A DNA stretch of 61,433 nucleotides from a virus (Duplodnaviria; Caudoviricetes): IMG/VR virus record IMGVR_UViG_3300035701_000031, positions 1-61,433 of that record. One strand, given 5' to 3'. Positions 10,296 to 18,897 of the stretch are shown here, one piece after another (position 1 is the first letter of the stretch; each line of letters opens with the position of its first letter). The notes below the pieces were generated by a model. That model was not told the origin of the DNA. It saw only the letters and a program-made list of their open reading frames with translations, and searched no databases. A program made the translations under genes and the position numbers.

Positions 10296-10412
10296 TCGAT
10301 TACCTCCTAATTTTTTTCTCTCTTCCTTTCTATCCATTTTTTTAGACGGTTGATATGGATATATAGACGGAGAAGTATTTAAATGTTTCTTTTGGCTCAA
10401 AAATGGCTAAAA

Positions 10413-11372
10413 TTAGGTTAAAATCGCTATTATTTTCTCATCACTATCTTTATAGTGAATAAATTTTGTCTTAAATCCAAATTTCGCAAAATGTCTTCTT
10501 CGCTTTGAAATATAATCTTGTTTCTTCCAATAATTATCATAAGTCTCAATAAGGATTTTCTGTCCATTAGTATTGATGAAATCTGGACATTTACCACCAA
10601 TAATTAATTGAAAGTCTCCAATATATCTGTAAGGTAAACTATTTTGCTTAATTATATCCATAATTCTTTTTTCAAATTTGCTTGGTCTATATCCTTTTTT
10701 AAGCATTTTTATGCAATGCTGTCTCGCTTGTTCTCGCCATTCAGGATGTTTTTTAATCCATTTTATCCTTTTTATTGATTGTTGTTTTTTTGCTTTCTTT
10801 GTATGATGTTTTCCCCACATTCCATTATTTTTACCACCACATTTTTTTTTGGATGATTTACTTAATTTTTTTCTTATTTTTTTAGAATGGGTTTTTCCAT
10901 ACATAGGATTATTTTTGCCAGAAAGTGCCAAACTTTGTTTTTTTCGGGTTTTTTTGGAATGGTGTTTACCCCACATTGGGTGGTTTTTGCCTTTCATTTT
11001 TTTGCTCCATTCTGGTCTTTTTTTTCCAGCCCAATATCCTTTTTTCCCAAAATTTGGATTATTTTTACCTGAAAAAGCAGGTCTTTTTTTGCCTGCCCAA
11101 ACTCCCTTTTTTCCCCAATTTGGATTATTTTTGCCAGAATTAGCCTTACTTAATTTTTCTTTTGTTTCTTTTGAACGATGCTTACCCCACATCGGATGAT
11201 TTTTACCCTTATATTTTCCTTTACGGGCTAAACTCATTTTCTTTTTTGTTTTTTTAGAAAGTGTCCAATGTTTGCCTTTCCAAGTATGTCCTAAAATAAA
11301 TCTATTTCCTTTTTTGGCAAATTGTCTGCAACCACAAGCACATTTAGATTTATTTTTATTCATTCTTTCCAT
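10413..11372 (-). CDS. NUMOD3-repeat putative homing endonuclease with PD-(D/E)xK/Vsr-like domain
   Basis: N-terminal CACGC, many GKNNP/HPMWGKH repeats, C-terminal PDFINTNGQKILIE. Confidence 0.85.
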   Translation of the reverse strand: MERMNKNKSKCACGCRQFAKKGNRFILGHTWKGKHWTLSKKTKKKMSLARKGKYKGKNHPMWGKHRSKETKEKLSKANSGKNNPNWGKKGVWAGKKRPAFSGKNNPNFGKKGYWAGKKRPEWSKKMKGKNHPMWGKHHSKKTRKKQSLALSGKNNPMYGKTHSKKIRKKLSKSSKKKCGGKNNGMWGKHHTKKAKKQQSIKRIKWIKKHPEWREQARQHCIKMLKKGYRPSKFEKRIMDIIKQNSLPYRYIGDFQLIIGGKCPDFINTNGQKILIETYDNYWKKQDYISKRRRHFAKFGFKTKFIHYKDSDEKIIAILT

Positions 11373-11442
11373 CTACCTTTCTAAATGACTAATATATAAT
11401 ATATTAGACGGAATATATATAAATATACCTATAAATGAAAAA

Positions 11443-12201
11443 TTAGATTTTTAGGGTGCTTTCTTCAATTGGAATGGTGCGTGCATAGAGAGTTTTTTCT
11501 TTGACCATTTTTCGATTGTATTCATTCAATAAAGCCATTAATTCGTTACCAACCTTTTCTTCAGGAGTATCACGAAATTGAATTTCCAATAATTCATTCT
11601 TTTCATCTAATTTTTTCCATCTTCCTTCAACACCCCAACGAGTATAACCCTTTAAAAAATTGAAATATTTCATTTTATCTATTCTTACTGTAATTTCCAA
11701 TAATTCCAAATCTGTTTGCGCTTTCGTTGGGCGAAAGAGTAATTTATTAATTCTACTTTGAATTGCTTTTACTGTTTTTGGTGTTTTCTTGCCTTTTACC
11801 CTGACCCTTTTGCCCTTTTTAGCCTTCAAAAGCCCCTCTCCTAATTCTTCCCAGTGCTTTATTTGATTATAAAGTGGCGGATGTATGGTTTTTAATTCAC
11901 TTAATGTTAAATCCCCGATGGGTTCTCCTTCGTATTGTGATAAAAGTTCCGAGACCATCAGTGTATCTTCAATTGTTTTATCTTTTTTTCCTTTGCTTTC
12001 GACTATTTTTAATTTTTGGTAATACGCATTATCTTCTCGCAAATGGTCTTTAGCAATTTCAGTCGCAGCCTCTTTTATTGAAAGATTTTTTTCTTTGATT
12101 TTTTTGATTGTTTTAGCGTGCTCCATTTCCACTTTTGTGCCTGTTTTAATTCCTTTGCGGGCAAGGGCATGGCGGGCAGATTCTTGTCTCCATCCTTTCA
12201 T
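11443..12201 (-). CDS. ARH-motif protein with DUF5661-like segment
   Basis: Starts MKGWRQESARHALARKGIKT; EMEH...EIAKDHLRED..YY.KL segment. Confidence 0.7.
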   Translation of the reverse strand: MKGWRQESARHALARKGIKTGTKVEMEHAKTIKKIKEKNLSIKEAATEIAKDHLREDNAYYQKLKIVESKGKKDKTIEDTLMVSELLSQYEGEPIGDLTLSELKTIHPPLYNQIKHWEELGEGLLKAKKGKRVRVKGKKTPKTVKAIQSRINKLLFRPTKAQTDLELLEITVRIDKMKYFNFLKGYTRWGVEGRWKKLDEKNELLEIQFRDTPEEKVGNELMALLNEYNRKMVKEKTLYARTIPIEESTLKI

Positions 12202-12428
12202 TATTTTCCCCACCGCAAATTTGCAAAAACTTCCTTATAAGCCCAATAAAACGGGTCTCTTTCTGAAACATAGTGCTTCTTATTGTTTAGAGGTCTGCAA
12301 TCCATAAAATTTGGAAACCCATCTTTATCAGAATCGGCAAATGATTTCATTTTTGGCTTTATTTTTTTTAATTGCCCCCAAGACATATTTTTTAAAGCAA
12401 TTTTTCTTTTTTTCCTGCCTTTTGTCAT
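12201..12428 (-). CDS. small basic protein with a TSP3-like Ca-binding motif
   Basis: DSDKDGFPNFMDCRP. Confidence 0.6.
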   Translation of the reverse strand: MTKGRKKRKIALKNMSWGQLKKIKPKMKSFADSDKDGFPNFMDCRPLNNKKHYVSERDPFYWAYKEVFANLRWGK

Positions 12429-12434
12429 TTCAAT

Positions 12435-12734
12435 TCATCTTCTCTTTTTTTTCTTTAATGTAGAATATAATGAAGAAGCCATTCCTGTTCCCAGCCCTGC
12501 CATGCCCCCAAAAATCCCTCCAGCCCATGCTGTTCCAATTGTCTCGGCTAATGTTGGCTGTGGCATACCAAGAGCAAATGAAGTGGCAACACTGCCAGCT
12601 CCAGCAATTGTCCATCCTGTTAATTTGATTTGTGGGTTTTTAAAAAACTTTGAAACCTTGCCGAATCCATTAATCTTTCGTTTTGTCTTTGGAAGAAAGA
12701 AATTCTTGTTTGGAATAAATGAAATTTTAGTCAT
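12435..12734 (-). CDS. glycine-zipper membrane protein, paralog of 13551-13850
   Basis: Core GWT..GAG.VATSFALG.PQPTLA.TIGTAWAGGIFG nearly identical to 13551; basic termini. Confidence 0.75.
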   Translation of the reverse strand: MTKISFIPNKNFFLPKTKRKINGFGKVSKFFKNPQIKLTGWTIAGAGSVATSFALGMPQPTLAETIGTAWAGGIFGGMAGLGTGMASSLYSTLKKKKRR

Positions 12735-13135
12735 TTCTTTTTTCGCCCCGTTTTAATTCCTTTGCGGGCAAGACTATGCCTTGCGTTTTCCTGCACCCAA
12801 CCAGATTTGCCTTTTTTCTTCAGTAAATATTTTTGCTTGTATGGCTCAAATTCATTATTTTTGAATCGTTCCTCAAAATCTTCAACCATTTCAGCAGCAA
12901 CAGCAGTTTTGTCTTCTTTTGTAAGGCTAATTTTGCTGTCGGGTAGCTGCCTGTTATATTCCTTTATCGCCCTGTCAATTAGGTAGCCAAACAATTTTGG
13001 GGCAAGAGCTGGATTATAAATTCCCTTATATTTTTTTCTCGCAAGATTCTGGTTCATGTATTCTTGCTGCCTGTAAAGTGGCTCATCATTCATTATGAAC
13101 ATTCTGTATAATTCTCTTTGTTCCCAGTCGCCCAT
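12731..13135 (-). CDS. protein with C-terminal ARH motif
   Basis: Ends GWVQENARHSLARKGIKTGRKKK. Confidence 0.75.
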   Translation of the reverse strand: MGDWEQRELYRMFIMNDEPLYRQQEYMNQNLARKKYKGIYNPALAPKLFGYLIDRAIKEYNRQLPDSKISLTKEDKTAVAAEMVEDFEERFKNNEFEPYKQKYLLKKKGKSGWVQENARHSLARKGIKTGRKKK

Positions 13136-13141
13136 ATAAAA

Positions 13142-13303
13142 TCACTTTTTCTTTTTTTTCTTAATTCTCTTTTTCTTCGGTTTTTTCGGCTTGCCAAACC
13201 ACACCATGTGTTTAAAGGCTGCAACTCCCAATCCAATTCCAAGCCCAAGCCCAGCCATTTTTCCAACTGAACTGCCGAAATCTCCAATATCAACTGTTGT
13301 CAT
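13142..13303 (-). CDS. small glycine-zipper, Lys-tailed protein (53 aa)
   Basis: Manual translation MTTVDIGDFGSSVGKMAGLGLGIGLGVAAF...KKKKKK; ATGA overlap with 13300 ORF. Confidence 0.6.
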   Translation of the reverse strand: MTTVDIGDFGSSVGKMAGLGLGIGLGVAAFKHMVWFGKPKKPKKKRIKKKKKK

Positions 13304-13554
13304 TTTTTCTTACCTTTTTGCCGTTTTTTCTCTTGAAACCGCATCAGGTTTCTAATGGCTATTGTAGCCCCCACTAAACCACCAGTTGCACTTAAAGCCA
13401 TTCCTGTGCCAGCCATGCCTGTCAATGGTTGTCCAGTAACTATGCCACTTGCAATGCCAACACCAGCCATTGCTGCACCATACCCATATATTGGAAGAGC
13501 ACTTGGTTTGTGAGTAAACCACTTTTTATTTTTTGGTATAAAATTTATCTTCAT
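13300..13554 (-). CDS. glycine-zipper membrane protein
   Basis: KINFIPKNKKWF N-terminus, Gly/Ala hydrophobic hairpin, basic tail. Confidence 0.7.
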   Translation of the reverse strand: MKINFIPKNKKWFTHKPSALPIYGYGAAMAGVGIASGIVTGQPLTGMAGTGMALSATGGLVGATIAIRNLMRFQEKKRQKGKKK

Positions 13555-13850
13555 CTTTTTTTCCTCTTTTTCTTTAATTTAGAATATGCTGAAGAAGCCA
13601 TTCCTAATCCCAATCCTATTGTGCTTCCAAAAATTCCTCCAGCCCATGCTGTTCCAATTGTCTTGGCTAATGTTGGTTGTGGCAGACCAAGAGCAAATGA
13701 GGTGGCAACACCACCAGCTCCAGTAGCTGTCCATCCTATTAATTTAACTCGTGGGTCATTAAAAAAGTTTGAAATCCTGCGTCCCTTTTTCCTTGGCACA
13801 AAAGCATTTTTATTTTTCGGAAGAAAATATTTTTTTACCATTTTTTTCAC
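13551..13850 (-). CDS. glycine-zipper membrane protein, paralog of 12435-12734
   Basis: Near-identical core to 12435. Confidence 0.75.
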   Translation of the reverse strand: MKKMVKKYFLPKNKNAFVPRKKGRRISNFFNDPRVKLIGWTATGAGGVATSFALGLPQPTLAKTIGTAWAGGIFGSTIGLGLGMASSAYSKLKKKRKKR

Positions 13851-13854
13851 CTTT

Positions 13855-14034
13855 TTATTTTGGCAATACCCAAATTGGCTTTCCAGTTTTTAATATTTTT
13901 TTTCCGAGTTTTAATTTATATTCAAGTTTTCCTGCCTTTATTCCTCTTTTAAATGAATCAGTGATTGCTTTTTTTGTGTCGGTAGTCATTTTTTTGAAAA
14001 GTTTATTTGAATATGCTTCCATTTTTGTTACCAT
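13855..14034 (-). CDS. small basic protein
   Basis: Start MVTKM behind G-rich SD; fills operon gap. Confidence 0.5.
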   Translation of the reverse strand: MVTKMEAYSNKLFKKMTTDTKKAITDSFKRGIKAGKLEYKLKLGKKILKTGKPIWVLPK

Positions 14035-14035
14035 T

Positions 14036-14620
14036 TCAATCCCCCTCTTTTTTCTTGCCCAAAACTCCAATGGCAGCATCAAGCCTTGCCTTTTTTGTTT
14101 CCTCGTCAAGTGATTCCCAATCTTCAGGCATTTCAAGCCCTGACCCTCCAAGACCAGCTTTCAGCATTCTTGCTTTCCAATCATTTTTTTCTTTTAGGGT
14201 TTGACCAAAAATGTCGCCCATTTTTGCAGCCATGGCAATTGTGTTGAAGGTTTTATTGTCGGAATGGTCTTTGTCCGCATAAGCAAGACCTAACTTTTTT
14301 TCATCACTTGATAACACACCAGATTCACGAATTAATTTTTGTAAAACGGTTTGAAAGTTATAAGATTCCCAAGTCCTATTTATGTAAGTAACTTTTGCAC
14401 TTTCCTTTAAAACGCCATTTATATACAAGTCAGCAATATGTCTGAACCCGTTTCTTGTTTTTTCGTATCTTGCAATTGCTGTGATTTTGTCGTTTATTTT
14501 AAAGTGAGTTCCTTCTATTCCAGCATTAACTTGCCTATAAACTTGTTTGGGGGCAGCAGTCTCAATCCCCTTGCTCGCCAAAGCGTGCCTTGCTGATTCC
14601 TTTATCCATCCTTTCGCCAT
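14036..14620 (-). CDS. ARH-motif protein
   Basis: Starts MAKGWIKESARHALASKGIET. Confidence 0.8.
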   Translation of the reverse strand: MAKGWIKESARHALASKGIETAAPKQVYRQVNAGIEGTHFKINDKITAIARYEKTRNGFRHIADLYINGVLKESAKVTYINRTWESYNFQTVLQKLIRESGVLSSDEKKLGLAYADKDHSDNKTFNTIAMAAKMGDIFGQTLKEKNDWKARMLKAGLGGSGLEMPEDWESLDEETKKARLDAAIGVLGKKKEGD

Positions 14621-14625
14621 TTATA

Positions 14626-15054
14626 TCACTCTTCAATTATTTTTGTTAAAATTTTATCTTCTTCCTCTGTTGTTGGCTTTCGCCCTTTTTCTTTTGCGAA
14701 TCTTTCTTTTGCTAAATCAAATTTTTCCTTTTGTTTTTCCATTTTTTTAAATTCTTTTTCACTTTCTCCTGATTCTCTCCAGCCTTTCAAAAATTCTTCT
14801 GGGCTTTCTACCAAATCATATCTTTTCATTTCATCTGCAAGTTTAATACTTCTTATATAAGCATCCATTTCTTCATCAGTATAGCCAAGTTTGTCCATTT
14901 TTTCAATAAGTTTTGTTAATTTTCCAATCGGTGATTTTTCAAATTCCCTTTTTTCTTTGAATTTTGCCCATCTTGCTTTAATTTTTCTTCCTGTTTCAAT
15001 TCCCTTACGGGCTAACGAATGCCTTGCACTTTCCAGTTTCCAGCCTTTTGTCAT
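14626..15054 (-). CDS. ARH-motif protein, paralog of 25554-25961
   Basis: MTKGWKLESARHSLARKGIET; body WAKFKEKR.FEK.PIGKLTK.IEK shared with 25554. Confidence 0.8.
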   Translation of the reverse strand: MTKGWKLESARHSLARKGIETGRKIKARWAKFKEKREFEKSPIGKLTKLIEKMDKLGYTDEEMDAYIRSIKLADEMKRYDLVESPEEFLKGWRESGESEKEFKKMEKQKEKFDLAKERFAKEKGRKPTTEEEDKILTKIIEE

Positions 15055-15260
15055 TTGTTTTTCACCCTTTTGACAACAAGTCCTTTTGTATATTTTACGG
15101 GTTCAAATTTAAGAGGAGGATAATTTTCAAAATAAATTAAATGTTTTATTTTTTTCAATTTAGGGACAGCAATTATTTGCTTTGTTGCCTTTATTATGCC
15201 CCTTGTTTCTTTTTTTGCTTCGCTTAAAAACTTATTCTGGGTTTTTTTTACCGAATCCAT
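15051..15260 (-). CDS. small basic protein, first gene behind 53-bp promoter copy 1
   Basis: 69-aa ORF with SD; ATGA overlap. Confidence 0.6.
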   Translation of the reverse strand: MDSVKKTQNKFLSEAKKETRGIIKATKQIIAVPKLKKIKHLIYFENYPPLKFEPVKYTKGLVVKRVKNK

Positions 15261-15305
15261 AGTATTTACCTTCCTGACAAATTAATGTTTTTCTGTTAAT
15301 ATCTA

Positions 15306-15358
15306 TGTCCTTTCTTATATAAAAACATTTTGGTTCTTTAAAAATAGAGTAAGACGGA
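15306..15358 (-). promoter_or_regulatory. 53-bp repeated promoter element, copy 1
   Basis: Minus strand TCCGTCTTACTCTATTTTTAAAGAACCAAAATGTTTTTATATAAGAAAGGACA; BRE-like CCAAAA plus TTTATATA box. Confidence 0.85.
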
Positions 15359-15376
15359 AGAATTAGTGGAAATTTT

Positions 15377-15637
15377 TTATATTTGGAGGTCTTTGTCGTA
15401 TTTCTCCCATTTTTTCACCATCGTATCCACCACTTTCGTAAAAATATCGTTGATTTTATGTTCCTCCCTGCATTTTGGACAGATGGTAAAACTGCGTGTG
15501 CCGTAGTAGCCTATTTGAATCCGAAAAGTTGCGTGCCATGCTTTCCCCCCTTCCCCAGTTAAACGAGAGGCTCTGCAAAAAAGGCAGGTATTTACTTCCG
15601 CAGTTCTTGGGTCAATTCTTTGTGGGTATCTATCCAT
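15377..15637 (-). CDS. Zn-finger protein
   Basis: CLFC...CPKC; start MDRYPQ. Confidence 0.6.
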   Translation of the reverse strand: MDRYPQRIDPRTAEVNTCLFCRASRLTGEGGKAWHATFRIQIGYYGTRSFTICPKCREEHKINDIFTKVVDTMVKKWEKYDKDLQI

Positions 15638-15833
15638 CAATATCAGCCTCAACGTCAATGTTAAGTTCGTGCAATTGTTTCTTTGGCTCGGAAGCATTTA
15701 TTGAATCCATCATTTTTTTAATTTTATGGCGGATATTTGTTTTTATTTTAGGGTCAATATTCAGTCGTTCTAATGCCTTAATTGCATCAGCGATACCCTT
15801 CTTATATCCTTTATTATAATCAAGTTCTGGCAT
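15630..15833 (-). CDS. hypothetical protein
   Basis: 67-aa ORF in operon chain. Confidence 0.55.
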   Translation of the reverse strand: MPELDYNKGYKKGIADAIKALERLNIDPKIKTNIRHKIKKMMDSINASEPKKQLHELNIDVEADIDG

Positions 15834-16160
15834 TCAAATCCTCTCAAAATCGCATATAGGCAAAATTAATTGCACGTCTTTCAAATCGCTTGTGTTCCGC
15901 CATTCTATACCTTGGTCGAGCACGATTTTTGTAGTTGTCTTTAACAAAACTGTTTCTTTATTTTTATGATAGAACACCCAAATCCCCTTGATTTTGCCAT
16001 TTAACCTTTCAATCAAATTTTTATTGAAACCCAGCCCTTCAAAATTTCGAAAAAAATGTATGTCTTCCTCTCTGTGTGTGATAAAAATATTTTTTATTGT
16101 GTCAATATGCCCCAAGCATCTGTTACCTAAAAAAATCGGTTTCTCCATTCTTAACGCCAA
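15834..16160 (-). CDS. hypothetical protein
   Basis: About 105-aa ORF; start uncertain. Confidence 0.6.
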   Translation of the reverse strand: MALRMEKPIFLGNRCLGHIDTIKNIFITHREEDIHFFRNFEGLGFNKNLIERLNGKIKGIWVFYHKNKETVLLKTTTKIVLDQGIEWRNTSDLKDVQLILPICDFERI

Positions 16161-16165
16161 AATTT

Positions 16166-16205
16166 GAAAGAGAAGGCGTTTTAATTAAACGCCTTTCTCT
16201 CTTTC
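16166..16205 (-). terminator. intergenic inverted repeat (terminator or RNA-stability hairpin)
   Basis: GAAAGAGA..AAGGCGTTT-loop-AAACGCCTTCTCTTTC directly after the stop of 16208 ORF. Confidence 0.45.
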
Positions 16206-16207
16206 TC

Positions 16208-16495
16208 TCATTCTTTCTTTTTTATATTTTGCATTCTCTCTTTGAGGAATGTTTTGCTGATTGAATTTGCTTTTATTTTTGTTATTCTGCCAATCTCCTT
16301 CCCAGTAAGACCCTTTTTCAGCAATTCCCAAGCCTTTTTGATTTGTTCATCGCTGTATTTTCCGTTTTTCTTTTGTTCGGGTCTTTTTTTCTTTTTTTCA
16401 ATTGAAGATTGCACAATTTGCCTAACAAAAGTCCGTTCATCAGGAGTTAATCCTTTGATGAAAGAAATTATGCTTTCTGCTCTTTGCAAATCCAT
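16208..16495 (-). CDS. putative helix-turn-helix DNA-binding protein
   Basis: YSDEQIKKAWELLKKGLTGKEIGRITKIKANSI resembles an HTH. Confidence 0.55.
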   Translation of the reverse strand: MDLQRAESIISFIKGLTPDERTFVRQIVQSSIEKKKKRPEQKKNGKYSDEQIKKAWELLKKGLTGKEIGRITKIKANSISKTFLKERMQNIKKKE

Positions 16496-16501
16496 TGTAT
16501 T

Positions 16502-16660
16502 TCACCCCCTTTTCGGGTTTAATTCTTTTTTCAAAATTGATTCGACCAGCGCACTTCTGCTCTTTGCACCCCACTTGTTGGGATTTTTAAATGCCTTATT
16601 AAGTTTCTTGACCAACTCTTTGTCTAAAGTTACCGTTACAATTGTTTTAGTCCATGTCAT
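16502..16660 (-). CDS. ribbon-helix-helix (CopG-like) regulator, 52 aa
   Basis: Manual translation MTWTKTIVTVTLDKELVKKLNK...SRSALVESIL. Confidence 0.65.
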   Translation of the reverse strand: MTWTKTIVTVTLDKELVKKLNKAFKNPNKWGAKSRSALVESILKKELNPKRG

Positions 16661-17477
16661 TTTTTATTCCCGCCTGCTTTTTTGCCTGAAGCAATTTCAT
16701 TGCTTCATCCACTGTTTTATTTTCGTGGACAACGGCGCAAACCGCTTTGACAAAAGCTGTTGGATTCTCATGCTGGAAACTATTCCTCCCCATCGCAACT
16801 CCTGCGCCGCCTGCTTTAATGCTTTCCTCAATCATTGTGAGAGTTTGTATTTCATCAGCCTTGCTTCCACCTGCAACAATTACTGGCACTGGACAGCCTT
16901 CAACCACTTCCTTGAAAGATTCAATACTGCCAGTATAATTGGTTTTCACTATATCAGCTCCAAGCTCTGCCGCAGTTCTTACTACATGTTTTATGATTTT
17001 CACGTTTTTATCATCTTTTGTATACTCGCCCTTTGGGTAAGCCATTACAAGCAATGGAACACCCCACTCTCTGCATTGCAATGAAACCATTGCAACATCA
17101 TGCAGCATCTCTGATTCGGTTTTTGAACCGATGTTCAACTGCATTGAAACCGCATCAGCTCCAAGTTTCAAGGCATGCTGCACTGTATTTACCATGACAC
17201 GCCTTTCAGGGTCAATAGCAAGATTTGTTCCAGCATTCAAATGCAAAATTAATCCAATATCTTTGCCGTAGCCTCTTAATCCGTTCAACGCAGAGCCTAT
17301 ATGCAAAACAACTGCGTTTGCCCCCCCTTCTGCCACAGCATTAACGATTTTTGGTATGTCCTCAAGCCCTTTTATTGAACCGTAAGCCATAGAATGGTCT
17401 AACGGAACTATGACTGTCCTCTTTGTTTTCCTGTTTGTTATCCGCTCTAATCTTATTTCTTTTCCAATTTCGAACAT
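16647..17477 (-). CDS. class I aldolase, DhnA family (archaeal FBP aldolase/ADH synthase-like)
   Basis: VPLDH, AYPKG, AAELGADIVKTNYTG (Schiff-base Lys), PVIVAGG, GRN.FQ. Confidence 0.9.
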   Translation of the reverse strand: MFEIGKEIRLERITNRKTKRTVIVPLDHSMAYGSIKGLEDIPKIVNAVAEGGANAVVLHIGSALNGLRGYGKDIGLILHLNAGTNLAIDPERRVMVNTVQHALKLGADAVSMQLNIGSKTESEMLHDVAMVSLQCREWGVPLLVMAYPKGEYTKDDKNVKIIKHVVRTAAELGADIVKTNYTGSIESFKEVVEGCPVPVIVAGGSKADEIQTLTMIEESIKAGGAGVAMGRNSFQHENPTAFVKAVCAVVHENKTVDEAMKLLQAKKQAGIKNDMD

Positions 17478-18103
17478 TCAATAGCCTCCTTTTTTGTTTC
17501 TGTCCTTTTTATCACGCAAACCATATCATCAGATTTGTGCCTCATTTGGTAGTATTCGACCACTTTGAATGGCTTTAGGATATTGTTCACCCATTTGTCA
17601 ATACTCCACAAATTTCTATACATGCCATCTCCTTCAAATTGCTTAATGTTTGATTCTGAAAGTATAGGCATGCTAAATATGATGTGGTCTGCCAGTTTTA
17701 ATTGCTTTTCCAGCAATTCAATAATTTTCTTTTTTTCAAAGTGTTCTATGAAGCCATGGTGAGTGCAGGCATCAAAGCTGTTTGGCTTGAACTTTTTGTC
17801 GATTTTGAAAGCGTCTGCTTGCATGAAAAAAATGTCCTTTCCAAAGTTTTTGCCGTTCAAGCGTGCTATCTCCAATACCTTTGCATCCAGTTCAGTGGCA
17901 GTTACTTTGAAACCAAACGTTGAAAGGCATATTGCAAGCCTCGCTCCGCCACATCCAACTTCAAGCAGTTTTGCAGGTGGCTTCGCATACTTCAGCACAG
18001 TGTTATAATAGGGCTTATAGATGCTCAAGTATTCCTTGAACCGTTCTTCGTTCAGAACTCTTTTTTTGTAATATTCAAGCCATTCGTTTTTACTCCATCC
18101 CAT
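17453..18103 (-). CDS. class I SAM-dependent methyltransferase
   Basis: LLEVGCGGA motif I, acidic residue after beta2, FDAC..HGFIEHF. Confidence 0.85.
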   Translation of the reverse strand: MGWSKNEWLEYYKKRVLNEERFKEYLSIYKPYYNTVLKYAKPPAKLLEVGCGGARLAICLSTFGFKVTATELDAKVLEIARLNGKNFGKDIFFMQADAFKIDKKFKPNSFDACTHHGFIEHFEKKKIIELLEKQLKLADHIIFSMPILSESNIKQFEGDGMYRNLWSIDKWVNNILKPFKVVEYYQMRHKSDDMVCVIKRTETKKEAIECSKLEKK

Positions 18104-18893
18104 TTTTTATCCCCCTGATTTCTCTTCTAAAATTTTGCACAAGCTCTGATGCTGTTCTTGACAAAATCACAGCATCTGCACCAAGGCTTACAAAACAATA
18201 TCCTTTGTCATAATATGATTTTGCTTCTTTCCAAGAAGAAGCTGTTCTTCCAAGAGCAATATTTGCATTTTTTGCGGCTTTTTCGACTTTGCTTATGGCA
18301 AACTGCACTTCTTCATTGTCTTTGTCTCCAATATGCCCCATCTCCGCCGAAAGGTCTGCTGACCCAATAAAAATAGCGTCAATGCCTTCAACCGTTAAGA
18401 TACTATCAATGCTATCAACTGCCTCAATTGTTTCGATTAACAAGATAACTGCAATATCCTCGTTAGCTGTTTTAACATACTTGCCCGCATCCAAGCCATA
18501 GGATACTGCCCTTGTAATAGTTGAAGCCATCCCCCGACAACCAAGCGGTGGATACTTGCATGCAGCGACTGCATCTATCGCCTCTTTCTTGTTGCTAATT
18601 GACGGGATTACGATGCCGTTTACTCCTATGTCAAGCACTCGCTTAATTGCGGTTTTGTTGTTTTCAGGGACTCTCGCCAAACAAACACAATTTGCAGCTT
18701 TTATCGCTTGAGCTTGCGACAACAAAGTCTGAAAATCATTTGGAGCATGCTCACAGTCTATTAAGAGCCAGTCAAAACCAGCAAGTGCCATTGCTTCTGC
18801 AACTGCATTGCTTCCTGTAACCAGCCAAGCACCACATGTTTTTTCCATGGCTTGCAATGATTGTTTTATACTATTGCCTTTAGAAAAAACCAT
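18090..18893 (-). CDS. HpcH/HpaI family class II pyruvate aldolase
   Basis: GFDWLLIDCEH, ARVP, RVLD.G, YPPLG.RG, IET, FIG.ADLS. Confidence 0.9.
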   Translation of the reverse strand: MVFSKGNSIKQSLQAMEKTCGAWLVTGSNAVAEAMALAGFDWLLIDCEHAPNDFQTLLSQAQAIKAANCVCLARVPENNKTAIKRVLDIGVNGIVIPSISNKKEAIDAVAACKYPPLGCRGMASTITRAVSYGLDAGKYVKTANEDIAVILLIETIEAVDSIDSILTVEGIDAIFIGSADLSAEMGHIGDKDNEEVQFAISKVEKAAKNANIALGRTASSWKEAKSYYDKGYCFVSLGADAVILSRTASELVQNFRREIRGIKNGME

Positions 18894-18897
18894 TTTT

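Noticed and set aside
16160-16212. Hairpin as a further BHB intron
   Set aside because: No 4-bp helix with two 3-nt bulges adjoins the stem; kept as a terminator-like hairpin.
16242-17084. 280-aa plus-strand ORF and the other plus-strand ORFs before 60020
   Set aside because: Antisense shadows of Lys-rich minus-strand genes (Phe/Leu-rich, no SD, no motifs).
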